A stretch of 64,000 nt of DNA from Octopus bimaculoides (lineage: Eukaryota), in the NCBI RefSeq assembly GCF_001194135.2, contig NC_068981.1:197011072-197075071 (forward strand), in the 5' to 3' direction. A program made the position numbers and the translations under genes. The notes beneath the pieces were generated by a model, which was not told the origin of the DNA, searched no databases, and saw nothing but the letters and a program-made list of their open reading frames with translations. Shown here in pieces: positions 48,201 to 61,900 of the stretch (positions within the stretch are counted from its first letter, which is position 1; every line of letters begins with the position of its first letter).

Positions 48201-51200
48201 NNNNNNNNNNNNNNNNNNNNNNNNNNNNNNNNNNNNNNNNNNNNNNNNNNNNNNNNNNNNNNATATATATATATATATATATATATATACAACGGGCTTC
48301 TTTCAGTTTCTGTCTACTAAATCCACTCATAAGGTTTTGGTTGGCCTGAGGCTATAGTGGAAGACACTTGCCCAAGGTTCCACACAGTGGGACTGAACCT
48401 GGACCCATAATTTTTGCTACAGTATATTTCAATGTCTTAATTACAATTCTCTTTACAAAATGGTTAATGACATTTACATATTTTTACGTCATTAAATAAT
48501 TCCTTTGTTATCCATTTTGGTCAGTTGTCTTGGACATGGAACCACCACATGGGGTACATTTTTGGGTATGTGACTCTTTAACTCTGCTGTCCATGTGGTG
48601 TCTTTTATCTTTTACTTGTCTCAGTCATTGGACTGTGGCCATACTGGGGCACCACATTGAAGGGTTTTCAGTTGAATGAATCAACCTCAATTTCTTTAAA
48701 GCTTGTTCTAGCAGTCAGTTTTGCTGAACCGCTAAGTTATGGGCGACATACACAAACAACACTGGTTGTCAAGTGGTGGTAAGACACATACACACACACA
48801 ATGGGCTTCTTTCAGTTTCCACCCACCAAACCCACTCACAAGGCTTTGGTCAGCCAAAGGTTGTAGTAGAAGATACTTGCCCGAGGTGCCACTTTGGTGC
48901 ACATTAATAACCTACATGACATTACATTAACAAACTATATTGCATCACATGACCCTACATGTATCTATTGGTCAGTTACTTTAGACCATGGTGGCACATC
49001 TATGACCTGGTCACTGATATAATGCCACTTTATCTATTTATCTATAACTGACCAACAGAATTTCCTGTGGGTTCTTACTGGAACTGTTGTGATATCAGTG
49101 AAGGATTCAGTTTTATACAAGAATGTGCCAAGTATAGACCAGCATGACATTGGTAATTCCTCTCTAGGCTATTTACAATGAGACTGTCCAATAACACATA
49201 TCTGACCACTGTCCAACAGTAACAACAGAGTTATCTACTATCAAACTATACTCATAATTGACCACTGTCCAACAGTGACACATAGCTGACCAGCATCCAA
49301 TAATTTCCCCACATAACTAACTGCATAAATGTCCATCCATAACCATACAGAGTTGACCACTGACCAACAAATAATCATACACATCAACTATGTTTTTACT
49401 AAAAGAAATATTGACCAATTTTTTTCTTTCTGTCTTTACAGAACTTTGATGGTATTGAGTGTGAGTGGCCAATGTTCTATGCCTACCTCATGATTGAGTG
49501 TAAGTACCACCTTCACTTCACACACACACACACACACACACACATGCACTGTGACAGCCAACTCATGATAGAGTGTAAGCAGCACCTTTACTTCACACAC
49601 GAGTGCACACACATACACACACACACACACACACTCATACACTGTCACAGCTAACTCATTACTGAGTTTGGCATTGGTTCCTACAACTGGATACCCTTCA
49701 TAGCGCCAACCACTTTACAGCCTGTACTGAGTGCTTTTTCATGTGACACCAGCACTTGTGAGATCATCATACAGTTTGTAAGACTACAAACCCTGTGAGA
49801 GGTAGCATTATGTAAGGAACAGAGAGGTTGAGAGGCAGCCAGAGCAGAACAGGATTCTTGGTGTAGAGGGGTTGCATTCATGACTCATCATCATCGATTA
49901 ATGTCCGTTTTCCACGCTGGCATGGGTTGGATGGTTTGACTGAGGTCTGGAGAGCCAGCGGCTGCACCAGGCTCCAGGCAGCGATGGCATCAGCCACAAC
50001 TACAATTTCCATTTGATTGTGGTGTGATTCGATTATGTTGGTGATGTTGATGCACTTGACTCAATAGGTCTCCTCAAGCACAGCATGTCGCCCTACAATC
50101 CAAAGGTACTTTTTGAGTGGGCTGGTTATGCGACACTGGCATAGGGGGCTACACATTATTTGCCAGGTTTTCTCAGTCACAGTATATCTCTACAGAGATC
50201 TCGGTCTTTCGTCACTGCCTTTGTGAGGCCCAACATTCGAAGGTCATGCTTCACCACCTCATCCCATGTATATGTATATACATACATACATGCTTCAATG
50301 TAGATTGATAGATTGTGTCGTTATTGCATTTTGTGTTATGTTCGCAATGTGTACCTCATAAATATTGTTTGTTAATTATCTTTGTAATTATTTTTCAGAT
50401 GAATTCAAGGGCAATAAGGCATTGGTTGAAGAGTATTATCAACGCCTTAAACCTTTATTGAAACAGACTGGATATGGTGAGTTGTTATGTATCTTTCTTC
50501 TTCTTCTTCTTCTTCATTATATAACATCCATCATCATCATCAACATCATCATTTTAATGTCCACTCTTCCATGCTTGCATGTGCCAGATGTAATTTGTTT
50601 AAGCAAATTCTTTTCTACAGCTGGATGCCCTTCCTGCTACCAACCTTCACCTATTTCCAAGCAAGAGTAATATTTGTGCCCATGAAGGCAGCGAGCTGGC
50701 AGAAACGTTAGCACCCCAGGCGAAATACTTAGTGGTATTTTGTCTGCCATTACATTCTGAGTTCAAATTCCGCCAAGGTCGACTTTACCTTTCAACCTTT
50801 CGGGGTCAATAAATTAAGTAACAGTTATGCACTGGGGTCGATGTAATCAACTTAGTCCCTTTGTCTGTCCTTGTTTGTCCCCTCTATGTTTAGCTCCTTG
50901 TGGGCAATAAAGAAATAAGAAACGTTAGCATACTGGGCAAAATGCTTAGAGGTATTTCGTTTGTTTTTACGTTCTGAGTTCAAATTCCGCCGAGGTCAAC
51001 TTTGCCTTTCATCCTTTTGGGGGGGTCGGTAAATTAATTACCAGGTACCAGTCAATCAAATCGACTAGCCCCCTCCCCAAAAATTTCAGGCCTTGTGCCT
51101 CGAGTAGAAAAGAATATTTCGTCCCATGGCCAGAAAATGGGTTTCACAGAATATTGGAAACAAATAACATAGCTTGTATTGTGCTGATGCTCGTTTTTCT

Positions 51201-51665
51201 AATTATCATGGGAACACCGACACACACACATCGTTTTTATAATCATCAAGGACACATACACACACACGGAAAACAAGAATGGGCTTCTTTCAGTTTCCGT
51301 CTACCAAATCCACTCACAAGGCTTTAGTCAGCCTGCAGCTAATGTAGAAGATGCATGTTACAGGAGCCCCGCAGTGGAATTGAACTCGAAACTACATGAC
51401 TGGGAAGCAAGTTTCTTAGCCACACAACCACACTTTATCTTTGGCTTGTTTCAGTCATTTGACTGTGGCTATGCTGTGGCATGTCATAATGTAAGAGTTA
51501 TAAAGTATATGAAAATATTTATTTACATAGTGCAAACATTATCTGTTGTACAACTTGATATATTGGGTACTCAAGGCTAGGTTTTCTCCAGCCTACAGTT
51601 GTGAGCAGCGCAGCCAAGCTCAAAACTCAGAGCAGGCAGCCAATTTTTCATATAATCAACATATA

Positions 51666-51741
<76 letters not shown>

Positions 51742-54700
51742 AATATAATTTGAGTGGAGGCAATACGAGCGGAAAACTAGAGGGACATGACTTATTATCC
51801 AGCAGAATATACAATATATATATGCACACTTACTTTGACATTAATAAAGTGGCATAAAGCTCAACATAACAGAAGTATTGCCTCCACTCAAATTATAAAT
51901 TGGAACTTAGTTCAACTTGAGCACTTCGAGTCTAGCTTGTCTATGAGTATTGTTAATTAATAATATCTATAAAATAATATAATATATATATATAGATAGA
52001 TAGATATATAATAAATTAAAAAAGGAAAATACACACACTTTACATTGTTTTAATAGAATTTTTAATATATCGACAGGTTTCGCTTTCGCCATTCATGATA
52101 TTAAGGTTTACTTATTTGAATAAGTATTTTCTTAAGAAGAAATTTTTGTCCATGTTCTGTGTGATCATATTTACGAGTGAATGACTTTACAAGTAGAAAA
52201 ATAAGGGGAGGTAATTGGTTGTTGCTGTTGTTGTTGTTGTTGGCAAGGGAGATAACTGTTCAGCTTTCGGTAAGGGGAGGGGAATATATATGTACACACA
52301 AAAAAAAGTTTCGAAAAACTTGCTTGGTGAGGGGATTTATGTACAGTGATGTAATCGTGAATTGAAATATGTAAAAAGATAAAAGTTGGTTATGCGTGCA
52401 TATTAAGACGTGTTCTGTATTTTTCAATGAAAAAAGTTTCTTTATTTAAACGTTCTTGTGGAGAGATTGTGTCTTTGCACTGGTAGAAGGGGAAGACTGT
52501 AAAATTTGGTTTGATGTTATCTGCACATTTTTCTATGTGTTCGCTGAGAGGAATTTGCCTGTATTGTGGGAAACGGATTTGCTCTTTATGTGGAGTGGTT
52601 CTCCTTCACAAGGTCATTACTTGTATGTCCAATATAGTTGTGTCCACAACCCGAGCAGGTTATTACATAAATTAGGTTCTCAGAGGCACAAGTGAAATCA
52701 GTTTTAATTGTGAACCTCTGTCCTTGTTTGAAAAGGAAATCCGAGCCTTCAAGTAAGTTGGGGCAGGTTCTACAGTTTGAACGTCCACATTTTTTAACCA
52801 TTGGTTTCGTGGTTGTTTTGTAAAGCTTCGCATTTGTTAGTAGTCTCTTTAGCGATTTGTGTTGCTTTTTGCATTTGATGAGTTTATACGTTTTCAGGAT
52901 GTCGTTCATTTTTGGATCTCTAATTAGGAAAGGAAGATTTTGCACAATAGTGTTGACTGCCTCACTGTTTCTGGGTTTGTGTGTTGATATAAATAGTAGT
53001 GTTTTGAGATGAGGTATGGTGTTATGTTTTGTTGTTCTTAGTGTTTTTATGTCTGTTTTTTTGGCACGTTTAATTCCCTCGTCTATAAGTGAGGGTGGAT
53101 ATTGTCTTTCAGTAAGCATTTCAAGACCTCAAAATAATGCTTACTGAAAGACAATGTCCACCCTCACTTATAGATATGGATTGACAACATTATCTAATTT
53201 AAATTTTGGAATTACCTCCCCTGTGTTTCTTGCTTAGAATTTAGCACTAAACTAATGATTTATTCCCCCCTGCATTGCATGTGTAATTTTTGTTATTTAA
53301 CGTATCTTCATCATCATTTAACGTCTGCCTTCCATGCTGGCATGGGTGTGACAGTTTGACACAAGAGCTGGCCAAGCTTCTGTAACTGTTTTGGCTGGAT
53401 TTTTACAGCTGGATGCCCTTTCTAACACCATCCACTATGCAAAGTGGCCTTGGTTCGTTAAATATGTCAGCACTGACTTTTCTATTGTTTGCATAACACT
53501 GAGTGTATACCTGGGGCTTGAACTCTGAGTACATTGACAACTCTCCCGAACAACTAGCATGGCTGTAAGGTTAATCAGTTTGCTTTGCAACCACATGCTT
53601 ATAGGTTCAATCCTAGTGTGTAGCATGCATTCAGTACCTTGAGTAAGAGTCAGTCTTGTAGCTAACTGAAATTTGATAGAAGGAAACTGTGTGGAAGCCT
53701 GTTAGAAATACCATTGTTATTCTTTGGTGGTAGATGTAATCGGTCACTTGGTTTAATGCTTTTACCTTCTGTTTGGGTACCTACAGCCAGTCCAGGTTTG
53801 TATTCTAAGGATAACGTTTTCCTTCTACCAGTCTTCGGGACCCTAAAGGGCTCTGTAGCCCCTGATTTTTAATCTCTACTCTTTTCCTCGTTAAGCCATT
53901 AAAAACAAAACCAGTTCAGAATGTCACTAGTTGCCAAATCTTACTAATCCACGGACATGGTTGTTCTCTGTTCTTCAGGTTGTCTGATACCAAAGTATTA
54001 TTATGTTCCAAAGGAAAACATTGAGAAGGAAATAAAGAATCCTGGCAGTACTGAAAAGATCCCTAGCCCTGAAGGTTCGAGTGATGGAGTCTTTCTCTGG
54101 GGACAGTCAGTCCTCCTTATCGCTGAGATGCTCCGTAAGTAACAGATATTACTTTTGTTGTTGTTGTTGACTCCAGCTGTTGACATTGTTCTGGTTATGG
54201 GGGACAATCTGTCTTTTTTATCACGGAGATGCTCCCTAAACAATATATTGGTAATTGATAACCAGATCTGGGTTCAGTCCCACTGCATGGCATCTTGGGC
54301 AAGTGTCGTCTACTATAGCCTCTGGCCAACCAAAGCCTTGTGAGTGGATTCCAGCCATGACCACCCCATCAGCATTGCATATTGAGAACTACATTATCAA
54401 ATGTCTTCTTTTCTCTTTCTAAAATGGTACGATTTGAAGATGATTTGGCTGCCATTTACAGTGGGTCAAAGTAAGAATATGTTATGTAAGGATGAAGAAG
54501 TGTGGTGGTGAGGGTTAGGGTCAGTGTTGGATGTAGTCAAGCAGACCATGTTTAACTGACCATTGAAACGATCTGTTGTGGTCAGTCCTGATCCATCATA
54601 ATTATAATGAAAGCTATTCCAGCCTTGGCTATCCTCCCTTTTATATCAGAAATTCTGTACTCCACATTATATAAAGCTATCTTTTATAACAGGAATACTG

Positions 54701-55876
54701 ATGATAGTGCATATTCTGAGGTTGATTCGCTGTTATTTCTAGCTGATCAAGCAACCACATAAAGACCTCCTTCTTTGCTCAAGATCTAAACCAGCCATCA
54801 ATGTAGTGATCTTCTATATACAATACCTTTGATACTTTCTTTACAGGAGAGGATTTAATCCATATCAATGAACTGGACCCTATTCGTAGGTATCTCCCTG
54901 CACCAGAAAGACCACGGTTCAGTTCTCGATACAGTGCATTCCAGGTATGTATATTTTGGGTCATCTTTATCACAGCAGTGAACAGATCAAATTTCACTCT
55001 CGATGTGTTTGTATATCCATTAACTGTTGTATTTGTGTATCCATTAACTGTTGTGTTTATATGTCTGTTCACTGTTGTGTTTCTATATCTGTTAACTATT
55101 GTATCTATGTGTCTGTTAACTTGTGTTTATGCATATGTTAACTGTTGCGCTTATGTGTTTGTTAACTGTTGTGTTTATGCATGTGTTAATTGTTGCGCTT
55201 ATGTGTCTGTTAACTGTTGTGTTTACGCGTCTGTTAACTGGTGTGTTTATGCATCTGTTAACTGTTGTGCTTATGCATATGTTAACTGTTGTGCTTATCC
55301 ATCTGTTAATTGTTGATGTGTTTAATTCACAATTAGGGCATCAACCCTTTATTTGTATAAAAGTTCCCTCAGATTACATTGTTTTGTTTTTTTTTTTCTT
55401 TCTTTCCAAACAAGTTTTCTTAAGTTTCTCTTGATTTTTGTGTTTTCTTTGTACAGGGCACCCCTGATGACCTCGTCATTCAAATGGTACTCATCTCTGA
55501 AAGTGCCGAACTTCAAAAGCTGTTGGGAACCTATGGTATTGAAACCCAAACTCCAAGACAGGTGGAACCTATCCAGATTTGGTCACCAAAAGAATTAACA
55601 AAGGCTTATGAGTACCTTGGTCAGAACAAGAAGCTCCAAATATCAGGAAGGCCGTCTCGTCCATTTGGCGTACTTAGTACTTCAAAGGTACTCCTCTTTC
55701 TCTTAATTCCCTTGTTTCTTTTTATTTATACCCTTATTATAATGCACTGTGTCAGCAGAATGGGTTCTCCTATTTTCTCTTGTTTTAACACAAACATCAA
55801 TTTTTTTAAGGATTGTCAGCTGACATTAAAGAGGTTTCTAGAGATTATTATTTACTAAGATATAACTTATTGTTAT

Positions 55877-55927
<51 letters not shown>

Positions 55928-58900
55928 GAGTGAGAGAGCGGTGCATGCCATCAAAGTGACACTGGGGTAAAATATACGAAGCCCATTATACCCATCATGA
56001 CTACCTGTCTGATAAAGGTACACCAGGCACATGCACCACAACCATATATGCGCAACATGGTGATCTTGTATCAAGATAAACAGGGCATGACCTCGAAGGT
56101 GGGGCCCAGTTAGAATTTTCTTCCGGTCGAGTAGCCCATCTCCCTCAAAAGGTCCCTGAATAAGGTTTGTTTAAGGATGTTGAGCAAAACACCCACGTTT
56201 CCAGAGGTGAATTATTCAAACCCCAAAGAATTCCTCTCAACACATGGCTTCTCCCACTACTTCATCTTGTGATCACAGATGCACATATTGTCAACCACCA
56301 TGGGACATGCTCAACTGCTTAAGGTCAACCCACTGACAAGCAAATCTGTGGTATTGAGCAGAATATTTGCTGTAGCCCATCGTTTTATACCAAGACAAAA
56401 CAATGTACATGATAATGCTTCCAATCAATTAAGATCAGAAGCCATGAGAGCCATTGCAAGGTACTGCATCCGGGCATTTATTATTATCAGTTAAAGATAC
56501 AGTCTGGTGCCTTGTAAAATGCACATGGTACACTCTGTAAAGTGGTTGACATTAGGAAGGTCATTGAGCCATAGAAACTATACCTAAAAAGACAACTGGA
56601 GCCTGGTGCAGCCCTCCAGTTTGCCTGCTTCTGTCAAACCACCCAACTCCTGGCAGCATGGCATGGGTTGGATGGTTAATTACAGATCCATACGTGTGCC
56701 ATTATAGCTGAATAAAAGACATGATGCTAATGCCAACCACTTTACAGAGTGTACAGTGTCTTTTATGTGGCACCAGCACCAGTGCCTTTCGGATGGCACT
56801 GACACCAGCAGGGCCACCAAGTAATCTGAGACATCTTCGTCTCACAAGTTACTTGACATCCTTGCTGGTGTTGGTTCCACATGAAAAGCACACTGGACCC
56901 TCTGTAAAGGGGCTGGCATTAGGAAGGGCATCCAGTTATGGAAACCAAGTCAAAGCAGACATTAGGGCAGAACTCAGTCCTTGGACCGTTGAATTCTGTC
57001 AAACTATCCTACCCATGCTAGCATGGAAAATGGACATCAAGTGATGTTAATGATGTTCCAAATGGAACAATCTTTGATCATAGAATCTAATCAAGCAGGT
57101 CCAACATGGAGACAAACAACATCACCAATGATAACCTACTCTTGGCCCCCTACCACTATGACCTTTGACACTTCTAACTATATTCATCTCAAATTACAGT
57201 CTCATTAATTCATTAACCTCCAAAATAAATCTAACAACTTCTGTATCATACTAAAATTACCCATCTACTATTATTTTTATTATTATTATTTTTTCTTACA
57301 GATTTACCGTATCTGTGGCCAAACTGTGCTGTGTTACCCTCTGTTGTTTGAAATCAGCAGTTTTTATTTGGCCCAAGATCTGTCATTAGTCGTGGATAAT
57401 TGCAAAGTGAGTTTTCTTTCCTATTTTACTTACTTTTGTGTGGTGGGGGAGGAGGCACGGTGACCCAGTGATTAGGGCATTGCACTCCCGATTGCACGAT
57501 TCCCAGGACAAAGGGTGCATTGTGTTCTTAAGCAAGACACATCACTTCATGTTGCTTTGCAATCACTTTCAACAATGCACCTGTACATCATCATCATCAT
57601 TTAAACGTCTACTTTCCATGTTGGCATAGGTTGACTGAAGACAGTTTGACTGGGGTCTGGGACACCAGGTGGTTGCACCAGGCTCCAATCTTGATCTGGC
57701 AGTGTTTCTACAGTTGGATGCCCTTCCTAACGCCAACCACTCCGAGAGTGTAGTGGGTGCTTTTTACGTGCCACCAGCACAGAGGCCAGTCAGGTGGCAC
57801 TGGCATTGACCACACTCGAATGGTGCTTTTTATGTGGCACTGGCACAGGAGCCAGTCAGATAATCTCAATTTGATGGTGAGTGCAATGGCGATGATGATG
57901 ACGACGACGACGGCGGCGAAGCAGCAGCAAGTTGCCAGACGTTGGGGCTTCAATGTCTCTATGCTACTCAACAAACAATTCAGCCAGCTCACTGCCTTGA
58001 TCTTGTTTATTGATAAGAAGTTGTTGTTTTCTTTTCTAGAATGATCTGGCTTTTGTAGCTAAATGCTGGAAGTTGTATGGAAGGCCGACATTCTGTATGG
58101 TGATTCGACAGGATATTGTCCAGTAAGTTTTTTTTTTTGTTTTTTCTTCCTACTATATCATTTTCAACTAAAGAATTTTTGAATAATATTCTCCCATAGT
58201 TGCCACCAAATTCTATGGCTTGTTTCCTTACTCTTTCAGGAACGGAGATTTCAATTGCTTTTTGGATCTCTTATCTGAATTAAAAAGAGGGGATTGTAGT
58301 GGCCTTCGAGTACGATTTGGAAGGCTTCAGGTAAGTGTTTTCCTATTTCATGTTATGTAGTATTGTTAATTTATTAATGTTTCAGCAGCAGCAGTAGTAG
58401 CAGCAGCAGCAAACATCTGTTTTCTATCCGGGGGGGGGGGGGTCTCCCTCAATTAATTACTGAAATTGTTTTTCTGGAACACCATTGTTTCTTCCTTCAC
58501 AACAATAGTCAGAGACATTTCTACAGGGTCACTTCTCTTGCAAAAAATAGCAGCTAAATGTCTATCATCATCATTATCATAATCATTGATTTAACTTATG
58601 CTCGCATTATTACCTTTTCAATGGCCATTCTCTTGCGATTGGCTTTTGGTGAAGGAGGGATATTGATATTGCTACCTTCCTCTGAGTTCCTTGCTGTGAT
58701 ATAGGTCCATCTGGGGGTCTTGGACAGCATCTGTTAATCACCATGATTATACACACTGATGAAGGGTAACCACCCAGAAACTCGAGTTCGTATGTATCAC
58801 GTAAAGCTAGAGATGGGAGCAATGACCTCCCCTCGCAAATACTAATCAAACACAGAACTGTGTGTCGTGAGCCAGCTGGAAGAGATGTTTTCCTGGGGCT

Positions 58901-61900
58901 ATAAATGTCAGTAACACTGCCCCTTATACGATGCCACGCTTAGTTGGCAGTTATATGTTACGATTCTATATTGCTACTGTTTATATCTCTCTGAGATTTA
59001 ATATGGTATATATACATATATACAGAGTGTCCACAAAATCTCAATCATTTGGCTTATGAAATGGTTCAAATAAACCAGTATCAACAACATTCATTCTACA
59101 ACCAAAATGGTTAAGAATTGTTTCTCTATTATATATTTTAACCCTTTTTTTTTTTTTTTTACCATATTTCTGTTGAGATGTTCTGTGTTTCTTTCAATTA
59201 ATTTAAGATATAACAAAGAATTTAGTAAAATAACTTTGTTATCATTAAACTAGTGTTAGGAACATAAATTGTGACTAAGGTTTGGTGGAAGATTTTAATT
59301 CAAAACCTACGAAAACAAGACATTTGTACCACAGAGCCAGAGGTGGTTTCAGCTGGGTTGGTATGAAAAGGGTTAATGACATGTTATTGAATTTTATATT
59401 GATTTAGCTCTTAATTATTGTGGATATATTCTTTAATGTTTGTACATCAATTCCCTTAATGGACACACACACACACACACACGTCTAAGTGTGTGTATAT
59501 GTCTAAACATATTTCTACATAAATACTGGCTCCTGTAGGATTTTCGAGCGAGATCGTTGCCAGTGCCCCTGGACTGGCTTGTGCGGGTGGCACATAAAAG
59601 ACACCATTTCGCGCGTGACCGTTTTCGTGCGGGTGACACGTAAAAGCACCCACTACACTCTCTGAGTGGTTGGCGTTAGGAAGGGCATCCAGCTGTAGAA
59701 ACTCTGCCAAATCAGACTGGAGCCTGGTGTTGCCATCCGGTTTCACCAGTCCTCAGTCAAATCGTCCAACCCATGCTAGCATGGAAAGCGGACGTTAAAC
59801 GATGATGATGATGATGATGATGATGATACCTGTCTCTAACACCGTATGTAAAAAGTGCCACCATTCATTCCTATAATATTTCCGCATATTACAGCATTGC
59901 AGTTTTGATATCTTAATTCTGCTCAACAATGCTTCTAGACTACAATATCTACATGTGTGTTTTATCTCACCTTCAGGCAATGATATCCTCTGCATGCATT
60001 GAACATTTGGACTTCCTACATGTGCTCGATGACTTGGAGATTTTCCAACCATTTCAAGAGAAACCTTCTTCACTGAACATTTCCAACATGTTGGCAATCC
60101 CACCTCCTGCACATGTAGAGGAAGAAGAAGCAGACATAAAGGTAAATATGTCCCATGGTTGTTTTATTTTTAACATTATAGACACAGCAGTGGCTATGTG
60201 GTAAGAAGCTTGCTTCCCAATCACATGGTTCTAGGTTCAGGCCCACTGTGTGGCACCTTATGCAATTGTTTCCTACTATAGCCTCAGGCTGACCAAAGCA
60301 TTGTGAGTGGATTTGATAGACAGAAACTGAAGGAAGCTTGTCGTATATGTATGTATTTGTGTGTCTGTGTTTGTCTCCCCCACCATCGCTTGACAACTGA
60401 TGTTGCTAATACAGTTCTATATATAAGAGATGAGGAATTATGTACATTATTTACATTATTTACATTTGACAGATATTTGTCCTCATCTTGTTTGTTGTTA
60501 ACACAATGTTTTGACTGATATACCCTCCAGCCTTCATCAAGTGTCTTGAGGAAATTTCGAACCTGAGTTCTCATTCCTAAGGTATTTTTCGATGTTATTA
60601 TTATTGTTATTATTTTTATTTGGGTCACTGCCAGGAATCGAACTCGGAGTCTTGGGGTTAGTAGCCCATGCTCTTAACCACTACACCATATGCCCGTGGG
60701 CTCTTAACCACTACACCTTATGCCCACAGGCATATGGCATAGTGGTTAAGAGCGCGGGCTACTAACCCCAAGATTCCGAGTTCGATTCCAGGCAGTGACC
60801 CGAATAAAAATAATAACATCGAAAAATACCTTAGGAATGAGAAGCCAGGTTCAAAATTTCCCCCAAGAAACCTAATGAAGGTTGGAGGGTGTAATCAGCT
60901 GAAATGTTGTGTTAACAACAAACAAAATGAGGACAGATATCCATCAAATGTAAATAATGTACATAATTCCTCCCTCATACACTATGCCTAGCTCTCACTC
61001 CTCAATCCTGTTCTCATAGCCCTGTACCTCTGTATCATTGCTATCCAGTAGCCCCCCCCCCTCCATCTCTGCATATATTCAGATTTACGCCACTCACTCC
61101 CCACCTCCACACTTCTTTCACAATATCCTGCAACTTAATCATATCAAAGGGAAATGGAAATTAATAAAAAATTTTCACCACCAAGTGGCCTTAGCGTATA
61201 AAAGTTTAGTCCAAAGACTATGAATTACTCATAAGGTACAGTGTATATTTAAATACATAAGAGGAATCCACTCACGGGATTCCTTACGCTAGAAAGAACA
61301 GCTAGGTTCTAGAACCACAAAATTAGGGATAAAGTCCCGAAAGAAACTAAATGAAAAATNNNNNNNNNNNNNNNNNNNNNNNNNNNNNNNNNNNNNNNNN
61401 NNNNNNNNNNNNNNNNNNNNNNNNNNNNNNNNNNNNNNNNNNNNNNNNNNNNNNNNNNNNNNNNNNNNNNNNNNNNNNNNNNNNNNNNNNNNNNNNNNNN
61501 NNNNNNNNNNNNNNNNNNNNNNNNNNNNNNNNNNNNNNNNNNNNNNNNNNNNNNNNNNNNNNNNNNNNNNNNNNNNNNNNNNNNNNNNNNNNNNNNNNNN
61601 NNNNNNNNNNNNNNNNNNNNNNNNNNNNNNNNNNNNNNNNNNNNNNNNNNNNNNNNNNNNNNNNNNNNNNNNNNNNNNNNNNNNNNNNNNNNNNNNNNNN
61701 NNNNNNNNNNNNNNNNNNNNNNNNNNNNNNNNNNNNNNNNNNNNNNNNNNNNNNNNNNNNNNNNNNNNNNNNNNNNNNNNNNNNNNNNNNNNNNNNNNNN
61801 NNNNNNNNNNNNNNNNNNNNNNNNNNNNNNNNNNNNNNNNNNNNNNNNNNNNNNNNNNNNNNNNNNNNNNNNNNNNNNNNNNNNNNNNNNNNNNNNNNNN

